From Elusimicrobiota bacterium (lineage in GTDB: Bacteria; Elusimicrobiota; Elusimicrobia; Elusimicrobiales; UBA9959), in contig DAIENX010000002.1 in assembly GCA_027340875.1 (NCBI GenBank), forward strand, positions 1-64,000: a stretch of DNA of 64,000 nt, given 5' to 3'. The translations under genes and the position numbers were made by a program. The notes beneath the pieces are model-generated. The model was given only the letters and a program-made list of their open reading frames with translations. It ran no database searches and was not told the DNA's origin. Below, piece after piece: positions 45,188 through 55,246 of this stretch. Numbering within the stretch: the first letter of the stretch is position 1; every line of letters starts with the position of its first letter.

Positions 45188-46687
45188 ATGCTCCGCTCCA
45201 ATCCGCACCTGATAGAGATAAACGCCAGGCTGTGGCTGAAACAGCTCAGGGCCAAGTATTCCCAGCCTGAGCTGACGCTCTCGTCCATCCCTGACGACGA
45301 ATGGCTGCAGCTTCGCCATCTTGGCATCGACATAGTCTGGCTGGTGGGCGTCTGGGAGCCCAGCCCGGAATCCGAGCGCATAGCCAGGCAGGACAAGGCC
45401 CTGCTGGAAGAGGTCAAGACCATCCCGCCGGGCTTCGGGCCGGAGGACCTCTGTTCGTCCCCTTACTCCATCCACTGGTACCGCCTGAACCAGGACCTGG
45501 GCTTCGAATGGGAGCTCAAGGCCCTGCGCGAGAAGCTGAATTCCATGGGGATGAAGCTGATGGTGGACCTGGTCTCCAACCACACCTCCAGGGACAATCC
45601 TTACATCCGGGAATGCCCGGACTGCTTCATACACGGCACGGAGAAGGACTTCGCCGAGCACCCGGACTGGTTCTACGAGATGGAAGGGGGGGACGGCAGG
45701 AAGCTCTACATCGCCTACGGCCGTGACCCCAACTTCCCCGCCTGGACGGACAGCGCGCAGCTCAACTATTTCAATCCCGCCGCCAGGGAGCGGATGCTCT
45801 CGGTGCTGATGCGCATAGCGGACATGGCCGACGGCGTGCGCTGCGACATGGTGATGCTGACCCTGAACGAGATCCACGAGGCCACGTGGGGCTGGCTGCT
45901 GGGGCGCAACGGCTACCGCCGTCCGGACGAAGAGTTCTGGGACGGGGCGATCCGCGCTGTCAGGGAGAAGCACCCCGAGTTCATCTTCCTGGCCGAGGTC
46001 TATTGGGGCTTGGAGTGGCGCGTGCAGCAGATGGGCTTCGACTATACCTACGACAAGGGCACCTACGACAGGCTCCGCTTCCAGGGGCCCCAGGAAGTGC
46101 GCGGACACCTGCGCGCCGAGAAGCTCTACCAGAAGCGCTCGGCCCGTTTCATCGACAACCACGACGAGCAGCCCTCCCTTACGGCTTTCGGCCGTCAGAA
46201 GGCCATGTCGGCTGCGGTGATAATCTCCACCATCAAGGGCCTGCGCTTCTATAACGACAACCAGCTGGACGGCGTTCCGATACGCCCGCCCCTGCAGCTG
46301 GCCGGGCTTTATGACAGGCCGTCGGACCAGGAGGTCCGGAAATTCTATTCCAAGCTGCTGAAGATAACCGATCACCCTGCTTTCCACGGAGGGGAGTGGT
46401 CGCTGCTGGAGGTCCGCAAGTGCGACAAGGAGAACAAGACCAACGCCAATATCCTCGCCTGGTCCTGGGCCCAGCGCCGCACGCTGAAGGTCGTAGTGGT
46501 CAACTACTCCGGAGAGCCGTCCTGCGGCGTGATCAACATCTCCCTCAAGAGCGATGGCGAGACGAAGGCCATCTTCGAGGAGCTGTCCGACAGGTTCTTC
46601 TCTTTCAAGGCGGGGGACCTGGCCGGCGGCCTGCGGCTGCAGGAGATGGCCCCCTATTCGGCCTACATCTTCGACGTGGAATTCTGA
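45188..46687 (+). CDS. Cytoplasmic GH13 alpha-amylase family protein
   Basis: EINAR.WL; SPYSI; DLVSNH; GRDPNFPAWTD; DGVRCDM; AEVYW; FIDNHDE. Confidence 0.88.
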   Translation: MLRSNPHLIEINARLWLKQLRAKYSQPELTLSSIPDDEWLQLRHLGIDIVWLVGVWEPSPESERIARQDKALLEEVKTIPPGFGPEDLCSSPYSIHWYRLNQDLGFEWELKALREKLNSMGMKLMVDLVSNHTSRDNPYIRECPDCFIHGTEKDFAEHPDWFYEMEGGDGRKLYIAYGRDPNFPAWTDSAQLNYFNPAARERMLSVLMRIADMADGVRCDMVMLTLNEIHEATWGWLLGRNGYRRPDEEFWDGAIRAVREKHPEFIFLAEVYWGLEWRVQQMGFDYTYDKGTYDRLRFQGPQEVRGHLRAEKLYQKRSARFIDNHDEQPSLTAFGRQKAMSAAVIISTIKGLRFYNDNQLDGVPIRPPLQLAGLYDRPSDQEVRKFYSKLLKITDHPAFHGGEWSLLEVRKCDKENKTNANILAWSWAQRRTLKVVVVNYSGEPSCGVINISLKSDGETKAIFEELSDRFFSFKAGDLAGGLRLQEMAPYSAYIFDVEF

Positions 46688-46704
46688 GCGGCGTCGCTCT
46701 GGGC

Positions 46705-46735
46705 AGAAGGCCGGCTGAAGCCGGCCTTTCTTTTT
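46705..46735 (+). terminator. Rho-independent terminator
   Basis: AAGGCCGGC-tgaa-GCCGGCCTT followed by TCTTTTT. Confidence 0.75.
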
Positions 46736-46752
46736 GGTATGCGGCCGGAGCT

Positions 46753-47481
46753 TTACGGCTCCCGGGCCAGAGTGAAAGCCGCTACGGATACCGCCCCGGC
46801 CCGCCGGAGCCCGGAAGCCAGCTCCCTAAGGGTGGCCAGCGTGGTGGCCACGTCGTCCACAAGCAGTATGGACCTGCCTTTGACCAGCTCCGGCCTGGCC
46901 ACCGAGAAGGCCCCCTCCACGTTCGCCAGCCTTTCCCGCTTGGAAAGAGCGGTCTGGCTGCCCGTATCCCTGTTCCTCGCCGCCGCGCCCTCCAGATGGA
47001 AAAGGTTGGCGCGGGCGGGCAGCGCGGCGGCCAGCAGCCCGGCCTGGTTGAAGCCTCTCTCCCGTTCCCGCGACGGATGCAGCGGCACCGCCACCGCGAA
47101 GCCGTGGCCGGCCAGCTCCGGGAAGCGCGGCAGCGCCGCGGCCATTTCAGCGCCGAGCCAAGCCGCCAGGTCGCTCCTTCCGCGGTATTTCAGCGCGTGC
47201 ACGAGCGAGCGCAGCTGCGGGTTGAAGACGAAAGCGGAGCGGGCAGCGGACAACGGGCCGCCGCGGGCGCCGCGGCAGTCCCTGCAGGAGGCCCCGCCGT
47301 CGGGCAGCGGCAGGCCGCAGAAAGCGCAGTACGGAGCTCGCAGCGGCTCCAGCCCCCCGGCGCACGGCGCGCAGAGCGGCTCCCCGGCCAGGTAATGCAG
47401 GTCCTCTCCGCAATGGGCGCAGGTCCGCGGCAGCAGCGCGTTCAGCAGCCATTTGCCGGCCTTCGAGAGCGCCGTTCTCAT
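46753..47481 (-). CDS. comF: ComF-family protein (double zinc ribbon + phosphoribosyltransferase)
   Basis: CxxC pairs; LKY; VPLHPSRERERGFNQA; LLVDDVATT. Confidence 0.88.
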   Translation of the reverse strand: MRTALSKAGKWLLNALLPRTCAHCGEDLHYLAGEPLCAPCAGGLEPLRAPYCAFCGLPLPDGGASCRDCRGARGGPLSAARSAFVFNPQLRSLVHALKYRGRSDLAAWLGAEMAAALPRFPELAGHGFAVAVPLHPSRERERGFNQAGLLAAALPARANLFHLEGAAARNRDTGSQTALSKRERLANVEGAFSVARPELVKGRSILLVDDVATTLATLRELASGLRRAGAVSVAAFTLAREP

Positions 47482-47513
47482 GTGATCCCCCTGTAGGCCC
47501 TCCCGGACCTGTG

Positions 47514-50500
47514 TCAGAACTGGAACGTAAGCGTGCTGCCCGCCTGGTAGGAGAGGTATTCCTCCTGCTTCAGGTATTTGTGCCACAGCCGTTGCAGGCC
47601 GAGGTTGAAGGTGAGACGCAGGTTCTTGGCGGCCTCGTAGTCCGCGCTGGAGTTCAGCGAGAAAAGCCTGTTGTTCTCCGCTATGGTTATGGGCGAGGTC
47701 TTGATCGCGTAGCTCAGCGTCGTGGTCCAGACTATGCGGTTTGTGAAGATGATGGCCTGCTTCATGAACGGCAGCTTGAGCCCCTTGGGCAGCTGGAAGT
47801 CTGACTTTATGAGCACGCTGGGCGTCACGGTCCGGGTGTTGGCCGTGATCACTCCGAGCGCTCCCTTCGTCTTGTCGGATACGTAGTCCACCTTGGGGGT
47901 GAAGCGGAACTTGCCGCGGTCGAACGTGCCCTGCAGCGTGGCGTCGTCGTGGCGCGACTGCTGCGTGAAGCGGTCCACGCGCAGGTCCTTCTTGTCGGAG
48001 AGGCGCAGGTTGTAGCTGAGGGCGGTGTCTACCTTGTTCAGCAGCTTGAAGCGCAGGTCCACGCCATAGGTGCCAGCCGTCTCTAGGGAGACGGTCTTGG
48101 CCTCGTTGGTGTTGCGCGAGTATTTCAGGTTGACCGTCGCGCCCTGCGCCCAGCGCTGGACCCGCATCAGCGTCTCGAGCTGGGACAGCGAGAGTATCAT
48201 GTCGGGGAAGGTGCGGTTCACGCTCTTGGATATGGTGCCGGTGACCTCGGAGCGCTGTACCGAGTTGGTGAAGTTGTTGGTCAGCGAGAGCGTCTTCAGC
48301 GGTGCCGCCCCTCCTGTCAGCCCGTAACCCTCGAAAGGCTGCCAGCGCTGCGTGGAGTTAACGGTATCGCGCAGCGTTACCGAGTTGCGCAGCGCGAACG
48401 GGCTGGCGGGCTTGAGCGAGTCGCGCAGCCAGAGCCTGGAGCGGGTATTGTAGTCCTTCTCCACGTTCAGCCACGAGTCGCCGTCCTGGATCTGGTAGTT
48501 GGAGGACAGCACCAGCGAGCGGAGCAGGCGGTTCCGCGGCATCAGGTCGTTCATGCTGAAAGTCAGGCCCACGCCGCCCTGCGCGGTGCGGTTCACGGTC
48601 TTGATCTCGCCGGTGGTGAAGACATGGGAGGACCGCGCCACCGTCACCGTGGTGATGTTGAGGTTGTTGCTCTCTATCGTGGTCACGGAATAGTTGATGG
48701 ACGGGTTCAGCCAGCGGGCGAACAGAAGGTTGGAATTGAAGTCCACCGTCTGCTGCAGCGACTTGTTGTAGCGCTCGAGGCTCAGCGGGTCGGAGAGAGG
48801 GCTCCTCTCCTCCCTCGCTGTCTGCAGCGAGTAGCCGGGGTTGAACGAGGACCCCGTCCACGGTATGAACGTGAGCTTGGCGCCGTAGGCGTCGGTGCGC
48901 TCGCGGGTCTTGTATAGGCCCGACAGCAGGAGGAGCTTGTCGGCGTTGTAGCTGACGCGGTTCAGACCCAGCGAGTAGTTGAGGTTGAGCGTCCGAGGGA
49001 AGAGCGGGAAGCTGCCGGGCACGCTGTAGCCCAGCGTGGCCGCGTAGAGGTCCCTGTCGTCCTTGCGGCTGAGCAGGCTGTAGTCCACTACCCCTTTGGT
49101 GTAGTTCAGGCCCAGCTTCGGCAGCGCGGGCAGGCTCAACGTGCCCGCCGCCGTGCCGTCGAACTTCTTCACGCGGCCCTGCTGCAGCGAATTGACCAGG
49201 TTGTTGGAGCCGGTGACCAGCGTGTTGGGCGTCACGGTTATCTGCCTGGCCGCGGTGAAGTTCATCGGGAAGAAGGCCAGGCGGCTGATGTTCAGATAAC
49301 CGGTCTGCTGCTCGTTATCCTGGTTGGAGATGGCGGTGACAGGCGTCTGGAAGCTGCGGTCCATGAAGCGGTGCTTGCCGCCGAAGCTGATCCAGCCGGG
49401 TATCTCGAAGGCGCCCTCCACCTTGCGCGCGTTGCCGACCCGGGTCAGAGGCTTGGCGACGTGAAGCTCGTTGAAGTAGACGGTGCCGGTGTGCGCGGAG
49501 GAATCGGTGGCCTCCACGCCGGCTATGAACTGCGGTATCTGCTGCAGGCTAGGGGCGCCGCTGGAGGAGACCGTCACTCCGAAGGTGCCGGAGGTCCAGA
49601 CGTCCGGGATCTCGTCGCCGGTGATGTCCTCCTGGTCCAGTGTTATCAGCTTCCAGCCGGTGAAGTTCAGCGGCACGGAGGCCTTGAAATAATTGTTGCC
49701 GTCGCCGGCCTTCAGGTAGAAGGAGGCGCCCGCGTTCGCGCCGCTCTCGCTCTTGACCAGGAAGCGCAGCTCCTTGTGCTGGGAGACGTCTATCGCCCGG
49801 GTGAACTTGCGGTAGACGTAGACGGTGGACGTGGAGTAGATCCCGGTGTAATCTATTGCCAGCGTCTGCTCCGTGATGGAGCTGGCATTGCTCTTCTTCT
49901 TCTGCTCGGAAACGGAGCCGTAGAGGTCGTTGAAGACCCGCGTCGCGTCCCCGCCGGCCTCGTAGATCGGGGTGTAGCCTGGGTTGTCCTGGTTGTTGAC
50001 TCCGATGGCCTGCATCGAGCCCGGGCTGGTGGAGGACTGCACCGACCAGGTGTTGCCCACCGCGGAGATGCGGGCGAACTTGACGACGCCAGAGTTCGCC
50101 CCGCCGGCGGATTTCTTCAGCGTGATGCGGACCTGCTTGATGGCGCTCCACTTGTAGGTGTCGGTGGAGGTTATGGCCAGCGGCAGGTAAAGGGTGTGCC
50201 AGCCGGTGAAGTCCACGGTGTTCTTGCGGTTGCCTGGCGCCGGCGTGCTGTCGTTGTTGTCTATGAACGTGGTGCCGTTGACGTAGCCGAGGCTGCCGCC
50301 GGTGAAATCCTGCTGGTCCAGGCGGCCGTTCTTGTTCAGGTCCTCCGAGTCCAGGCGGCCGTTCCCGGAGCCGTAGCGCTTGCTGTTCTTGCCGGTGGGA
50401 GCGTAGAGCCAGCCGATGTCTTCCGCGCTGGAGACCTGGCTGTCACAGTTCAGGTCCTCGCTCTTCGGCGCTCCCGAAAGGACTAGGCCTGAGGTGCAGA

Positions 50501-52868
50501 CGAAGTTCTGGCCGCCGGTGTTGTCGGAGTCTTCGTCGATCTGGCCCAGGTGGATGTTGAACTGCGGCCCGGGCGTGCTGGGGGAGTTCTGGCCGTACAT
50601 CACCAGCTCGAGCACGTTCTTCTGCGAGAAGTCCAGGCCGGTGGGTGACAGCGGGTAGACTATCGAGACCTCGTTCGAGTTCGTGAAGTCGTAGCTGATA
50701 TCCAGCACCTGCTGCGTGCCGTCCGAGGTGGCCGCCGGGTTGATGTCCCTGGCCTTCACGCTCTCGTTGTACCAGTCCAGCGACAGCGGGTCGGCCGGGC
50801 CGGAGGAGCCCGGGGGGTTTGAGGCGATGAACCAGTAGTTCTTGTCCATCGACGGGGAGTCTTCCTGCTTGACGCCCTCCATGTTGTCTATCAGAGCGTA
50901 TTTGTTCAGGTTGGGGTTCAGCCTGCTCTGCGCGGCCTCGGCCCCCAGCGTGGTCCTCAGCCCGAGCAGGTTAAGGCCCTTGAGCTGGGCGTCGCCTTCG
51001 TAGACCAGCATGCTGTTGGTCAGGTCGGTGATGTTGGGCACCGTGTTGGACTTGATGCCGCCCTGATAGAGCAGCGTGGAGCCGGCCGAGAAATGGCTGC
51101 CGAAATCGTAAGAGACTCGCCCGCCCACCAGCGACTGGTTGCCCACGCCGCCGAACGGCGAGACCTCGTAGGTGATCTCTATCTTCGAGTCCTGGCCTAT
51201 GCGCTCCGGGTAGTAGAACGTGATGAAGCCGGAGTCGTAGTCGATGAAATATTCCTCGTTGCGGCCCAGCTTCTTGCCGTCCACGCGCACCACCTCCGAC
51301 TGCAGCACGATATTGGGCTCCAGGATGAAGGTCTTGAAGCGGTACGAGTATTCCACCCGGATGACGCGCTTGGAGACCGGGGCGGCGGAATAGATCTGCG
51401 GGTCTTCCTGCGAGGCGTTGTCCTGGTCGGCGAAAGGCTTGAGCAGATGGAAGATGCCCTGTTCGAAGTCCACCTCGATAGTGTCCGGGTAGGTCTGCGG
51501 CGGGTTCAGCGTGGAGCCCACCGGCGTCCGGTTCAGGTCCTGCACCTTCAGTATGAAGTTGCCGCTGCCGTTGTCGCGCACGAGATTGCTCTGGCCTATG
51601 GAGTAGTAGGTCTTGAGCTCCCGGCGGTGGGATACCTGCTGCGCGGCCACGGCCGTATCCGAGGAGATCGCGATGTCGTTCTGCGTCTTGATTATCGCCG
51701 GTATCGCCGGCGCCGCCGCCGCGTCCAGGGTCGACGTGGAGCTGTTCTGCGACAGCATGGTGCCGCCCGCGTTCTGGAAGTCTATTATCACCACGTCCTG
51801 CGGGTTCAGCGTACGGCCGAAGGTCACGAGGCCCTTGGCGTAGTCCATCACGTAGTCTATGCCGGGGCTCATCAGCTGGAACCGGCCGGTATAGCTGGAG
51901 GTCTGGACGGACATGTCCTTGCCGGTCAGGGCGAAGACGGTCACGTTATCCACCTGTGCCTGCGTCTGCTGGTCGATATAGACCCGCTCCGAACCCGACT
52001 TGATCGGCAGACGGGCCGTGTTGCCGAAGGTCACGTCGTAGTATTTGCGGCGCAGATAGTTGGTGTCGAGGACGTCGACCCCCTGGAACTGGGTGTTCCC
52101 CGTGAACTGCCGGGTCTTCGTCTGGCCTTTCGTGCGGGAGCCCACCACCGTCATCTTCAGGCGGTTGGTCCTCAGGTCGGCCCTGATGCCGAACAGCTGC
52201 TTGTTGTAGGAGACGAACTCCGTGGCCGGCAGCGAGAGGTCTATGTCGCCGAACGACACGTTCTGCACCACCTCGTTCGGGTCGCCCTGGTAGACCACCG
52301 AGATGTCCTGCTTGTCCTGCTTGGTGTCGTCGTAGTCGACGTTGACGGTGATCTTCTGGCCGACCTTGCCCTGCATGCGCACCTGCATCTGCTGTGTGAT
52401 CTCGAACAGGCTGAGGCTGCGCGGGCGCGTGACGGTGGTCTGCTCGTTGATGAACTTCTTGCCGCTGTAACTGAGGGCTATCACCTTGCGGCCGGTGACC
52501 GACAGCGAAGTGCCGGATTCGCGGAACTCCACCTGCGGCTCCGGGGGGGCGGGGGCCTCCGTGGACACCGCCACGGCCGCCACCGGCGGCAGTTCCTCGC
52601 TCATGTAGCGGCCGGTCTCCACCGCTTCCCTGGCCTCGTTCCAGGCCTCGTTACTGTAGGTGATGGGCACGTCCTCGGCCATGCTGTCGATGTCCGCGGC
52701 TCCGGTGGAGGTGGACACCTCTCCGGAGTCCAGTATCGCGGACGGGTCCTGCCTGTCCAGCAGCAGGAAGCGGCCGCCGCCGGGGGAGAGCACGGCGAAA
52801 TCAGCCGCCCGCGCGGGCGCGCAGCTCAGGGCCAGGGCAAGTGACAGCAGTACAGGTTTGAAGTTCAT
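47514..52868 (-). CDS. Very large outer-membrane beta-barrel protein, SprA/Sov-like
   Basis: Signal peptide; QQMQVRMQGKVGQKITVNVDYD...GDIDLSLP...QLFGI; DYVMDYAKG and EYFIDYDSG; DSEDLNKNGRLD; C-terminal Phe. Confidence 0.65.
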   Translation of the reverse strand: MNFKPVLLSLALALSCAPARAADFAVLSPGGGRFLLLDRQDPSAILDSGEVSTSTGAADIDSMAEDVPITYSNEAWNEAREAVETGRYMSEELPPVAAVAVSTEAPAPPEPQVEFRESGTSLSVTGRKVIALSYSGKKFINEQTTVTRPRSLSLFEITQQMQVRMQGKVGQKITVNVDYDDTKQDKQDISVVYQGDPNEVVQNVSFGDIDLSLPATEFVSYNKQLFGIRADLRTNRLKMTVVGSRTKGQTKTRQFTGNTQFQGVDVLDTNYLRRKYYDVTFGNTARLPIKSGSERVYIDQQTQAQVDNVTVFALTGKDMSVQTSSYTGRFQLMSPGIDYVMDYAKGLVTFGRTLNPQDVVIIDFQNAGGTMLSQNSSTSTLDAAAAPAIPAIIKTQNDIAISSDTAVAAQQVSHRRELKTYYSIGQSNLVRDNGSGNFILKVQDLNRTPVGSTLNPPQTYPDTIEVDFEQGIFHLLKPFADQDNASQEDPQIYSAAPVSKRVIRVEYSYRFKTFILEPNIVLQSEVVRVDGKKLGRNEEYFIDYDSGFITFYYPERIGQDSKIEITYEVSPFGGVGNQSLVGGRVSYDFGSHFSAGSTLLYQGGIKSNTVPNITDLTNSMLVYEGDAQLKGLNLLGLRTTLGAEAAQSRLNPNLNKYALIDNMEGVKQEDSPSMDKNYWFIASNPPGSSGPADPLSLDWYNESVKARDINPAATSDGTQQVLDISYDFTNSNEVSIVYPLSPTGLDFSQKNVLELVMYGQNSPSTPGPQFNIHLGQIDEDSDNTGGQNFVCTSGLVLSGAPKSEDLNCDSQVSSAEDIGWLYAPTGKNSKRYGSGNGRLDSEDLNKNGRLDQQDFTGGSLGYVNGTTFIDNNDSTPAPGNRKNTVDFTGWHTLYLPLAITSTDTYKWSAIKQVRITLKKSAGGANSGVVKFARISAVGNTWSVQSSTSPGSMQAIGVNNQDNPGYTPIYEAGGDATRVFNDLYGSVSEQKKKSNASSITEQTLAIDYTGIYSTSTVYVYRKFTRAIDVSQHKELRFLVKSESGANAGASFYLKAGDGNNYFKASVPLNFTGWKLITLDQEDITGDEIPDVWTSGTFGVTVSSSGAPSLQQIPQFIAGVEATDSSAHTGTVYFNELHVAKPLTRVGNARKVEGAFEIPGWISFGGKHRFMDRSFQTPVTAISNQDNEQQTGYLNISRLAFFPMNFTAARQITVTPNTLVTGSNNLVNSLQQGRVKKFDGTAAGTLSLPALPKLGLNYTKGVVDYSLLSRKDDRDLYAATLGYSVPGSFPLFPRTLNLNYSLGLNRVSYNADKLLLLSGLYKTRERTDAYGAKLTFIPWTGSSFNPGYSLQTAREERSPLSDPLSLERYNKSLQQTVDFNSNLLFARWLNPSINYSVTTIESNNLNITTVTVARSSHVFTTGEIKTVNRTAQGGVGLTFSMNDLMPRNRLLRSLVLSSNYQIQDGDSWLNVEKDYNTRSRLWLRDSLKPASPFALRNSVTLRDTVNSTQRWQPFEGYGLTGGAAPLKTLSLTNNFTNSVQRSEVTGTISKSVNRTFPDMILSLSQLETLMRVQRWAQGATVNLKYSRNTNEAKTVSLETAGTYGVDLRFKLLNKVDTALSYNLRLSDKKDLRVDRFTQQSRHDDATLQGTFDRGKFRFTPKVDYVSDKTKGALGVITANTRTVTPSVLIKSDFQLPKGLKLPFMKQAIIFTNRIVWTTTLSYAIKTSPITIAENNRLFSLNSSADYEAAKNLRLTFNLGLQRLWHKYLKQEEYLSYQAGSTLTFQF

Positions 52869-52995
52869 TCCTCGCTACGGCGCCGGCAACGGAACCACCC
52901 CGCCGGGGGCGGGCAAACAGCAACAGCCCGTACCGCGCGGCATTCCGCGCGGACCGGGCTACTACAGTACGGCCGATATATAATAGAATAAATAA

Positions 52996-54105
52996 ATGGC
53001 CGTGCCTATAGCCCGCCTGTACGTATTGAAGACGTTCGCCAAGTTCTTCCTGCTTTCCCTTTTTATATTCATTTCCCTGCTGGTCATGCTGAACTTCGTG
53101 GGCATAGTGAACCAGGGCGTGCTGGCCGGTTTCTCCTTCTATTTCTTCTCGGCGAGCATCTTCTACATGCTGCCGACCATCGTGTCGATGTCGCTGCCGC
53201 TGGCCTTCCTGCTGGCCGTGCTGCTCAGCCTCGGACAGATGTCGCAGGACGGCGAGATACTGGCCCTGCGCGCCGGCGGCTTCTCCTTCTTCGAGATCTT
53301 CTCGTGGGTGTTCGGCGCCGCAGTGCTGTCCGTGCTGCTTCTGGCGGCGGTCAATAACTGGCTGGGGCCGGCGGGGCAGAAGGTCTCCGGCGACTATACC
53401 GAGGCCATGCTTACGCGCCTGACCAAAATAGACCTCAAGCCGCGCACCTTCCAGCAGATCTCTGACTGGGTGCTTTACGCCGACGAGGTCAACAGCCTGA
53501 CCGGCTCGATGCGCGGCGTGAAGCTGACGCGGCGGATAAATAAGAGGACCGGACCGGCCTTCATCAACAAGATCAGCGCCGCTTCCGGACGCTACAGCAT
53601 GGCCATCGGCCGCGGCCTGCTCATTTCGCTTTCCGACGGGCAGTTCAGCCAGACCGATTACCGCCACCAGGAGAAGGTGCTGTACGGCCGCTTCGCCTCC
53701 TACTCCACGATGCTGCCGTTCTTCTCGGACGCGGGGCCAAAGAGGAAGCTGGGTCCCAAGGAACTCACTTCCTCACAGCTCTTCGACCGTGCGGCCGGGG
53801 CCGCCGACGCGGACCAGGCCGCGCGCTACCGGGTGGAGGCGCTGTCCCGTTTCGCGATGTCGCTGGCGCCGCTGGCGTTCTTCCTGGTGGGCGCCCCGCT
53901 GGGAGTCGGTCTGGACAAGCGCGGCAGGTCGGCCGCGTTCGCGCTCACGCTGCCGGTCATCTTCTTCTATTACGGGCTGACCATAACCGCCATGGTGCTC
54001 AGCCGCAAGCACGCCGTCCTCTACCCCTGGGCCATCTTCCTGCCCGCTGCGCTCATCATCGCCGCAGGGCTATGGTTCTGGAAGCGCAGGCTTTACGCGA
54101 AATGA
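52996..54105 (+). CDS. lptF: LptF/LptG-family LPS export permease
   Basis: 3+3 TM layout; LPLAFLLAVLLSLGQMSQDGEILALRAGG; GAPLG. Confidence 0.8.
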   Translation: MAVPIARLYVLKTFAKFFLLSLFIFISLLVMLNFVGIVNQGVLAGFSFYFFSASIFYMLPTIVSMSLPLAFLLAVLLSLGQMSQDGEILALRAGGFSFFEIFSWVFGAAVLSVLLLAAVNNWLGPAGQKVSGDYTEAMLTRLTKIDLKPRTFQQISDWVLYADEVNSLTGSMRGVKLTRRINKRTGPAFINKISAASGRYSMAIGRGLLISLSDGQFSQTDYRHQEKVLYGRFASYSTMLPFFSDAGPKRKLGPKELTSSQLFDRAAGAADADQAARYRVEALSRFAMSLAPLAFFLVGAPLGVGLDKRGRSAAFALTLPVIFFYYGLTITAMVLSRKHAVLYPWAIFLPAALIIAAGLWFWKRRLYAK

Positions 54106-55190
54106 ACAGGATATTCTTCCGATATATAGCCGCCAGTTTCTGGGCCCCGTTCGGGTTCGGGCTGACGGTCTTCTGCCTGCTCCTTACCTTCGGCAGCCTC
54201 TTCGATTCGCTGAACTTCTTCATCCGCAGCGGCGCCGGGCCGTGGGTCTTCGCCAGGTACGTTCTTTTCCAGGTGCCGTATTTCGTCGTCAAGATGGCGC
54301 CCATAGCCACCCTGCTGGCCGTGCTGTTCTCCCTGGGCGGCATGATGTCCAGAGGGGAGTGGAAGGCCGGCCTGGCCGGCGGCTGGCGCCCGATGGACAT
54401 GATAAAGCCGCTGCTGGCGTGCGCGCTGCTGGTCGGTGCCGGACAGTTCCTGCTGCAGGAGACCATAGCCCCAGAGCTCTATCTGCGTTCCACCCACCTT
54501 TACGAGGAGAACCTCCGCGGCCGCGAGGACTGGCAGAGGCTGGTCAAGAAGAACGTCACGTTCTCCGCCGGGGAGGGGACGTTCGTCACGGCCGCGCTCT
54601 TCGACGGGCTGAAGAAGACGATGTCGGGAGTGGTGGCGGATTTCTACGGCGGCGGCAGGCTCTCCCGCGAGCTCAACGCCGCCAGCGCCCGCTGGGACGA
54701 CGCCGGGAGACGCTGGATATTCTCCTCCGGGGTGCGGGTCGACTACGAGGGCGACAGCCCGCGTTCCATCACGCGCTTTCCAGAGTACGTCTCCGAGGTC
54801 TCCGTGCCTCCGGAGGACCTGGTGCTGGAGCGCCTGGTCCCCGACGGGGTCTCCATCCCCGACGTGCTGGCGCGCATCGCCCGCCTGAAGGCGGTCGGCG
54901 CGCCCTCCGGAGAGGAGCGCACGCTGTTCTGGGTGCAGTTCTTCTCTCCGCTGGCCGCCCCGGTCATGGCGCTCATTGGCGCGGCCATGGCCATGTTCAT
55001 GGGGCGGGGCAACAGGCTCTACAGCGTCGGCTTCTCGGTGGGCTTCGGCTTCTTCTTCTGGGCCATGCTGATCATGGGCCAGGAGGCGGGCAGCGCCGGG
55101 ATGGTCTCCCCTTTCCTGGCCGGACTGCTTCCGGTGTTCGTTTTCGCGGCGGCGTCTTTCTGGGCGCTGAGTAAAGCCAGGGCGCTTTGA
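54102..55190 (+). CDS. lptG: LptF/LptG-family LPS export permease
   Basis: PIATLLAVLFSLG.M...E; ASARWD..RW; second gene of the tandem pair. Confidence 0.8.
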   Translation: MNRIFFRYIAASFWAPFGFGLTVFCLLLTFGSLFDSLNFFIRSGAGPWVFARYVLFQVPYFVVKMAPIATLLAVLFSLGGMMSRGEWKAGLAGGWRPMDMIKPLLACALLVGAGQFLLQETIAPELYLRSTHLYEENLRGREDWQRLVKKNVTFSAGEGTFVTAALFDGLKKTMSGVVADFYGGGRLSRELNAASARWDDAGRRWIFSSGVRVDYEGDSPRSITRFPEYVSEVSVPPEDLVLERLVPDGVSIPDVLARIARLKAVGAPSGEERTLFWVQFFSPLAAPVMALIGAAMAMFMGRGNRLYSVGFSVGFGFFFWAMLIMGQEAGSAGMVSPFLAGLLPVFVFAAASFWALSKARAL

Positions 55191-55200
55191 GTCCCGAGGC

Positions 55201-55232
55201 AAAAAAAGCCGGCCCTGCGGCCGGCTTTTTTT
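55201..55232. terminator. Bidirectional Rho-independent terminator
   Basis: AAAAAAAGCCGGCC-ctgc-GGCCGGCTTTTTTT between convergent lptG and tkt. Confidence 0.85.
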
Positions 55233-55246
55233 ATCGGCCGTTCGGC

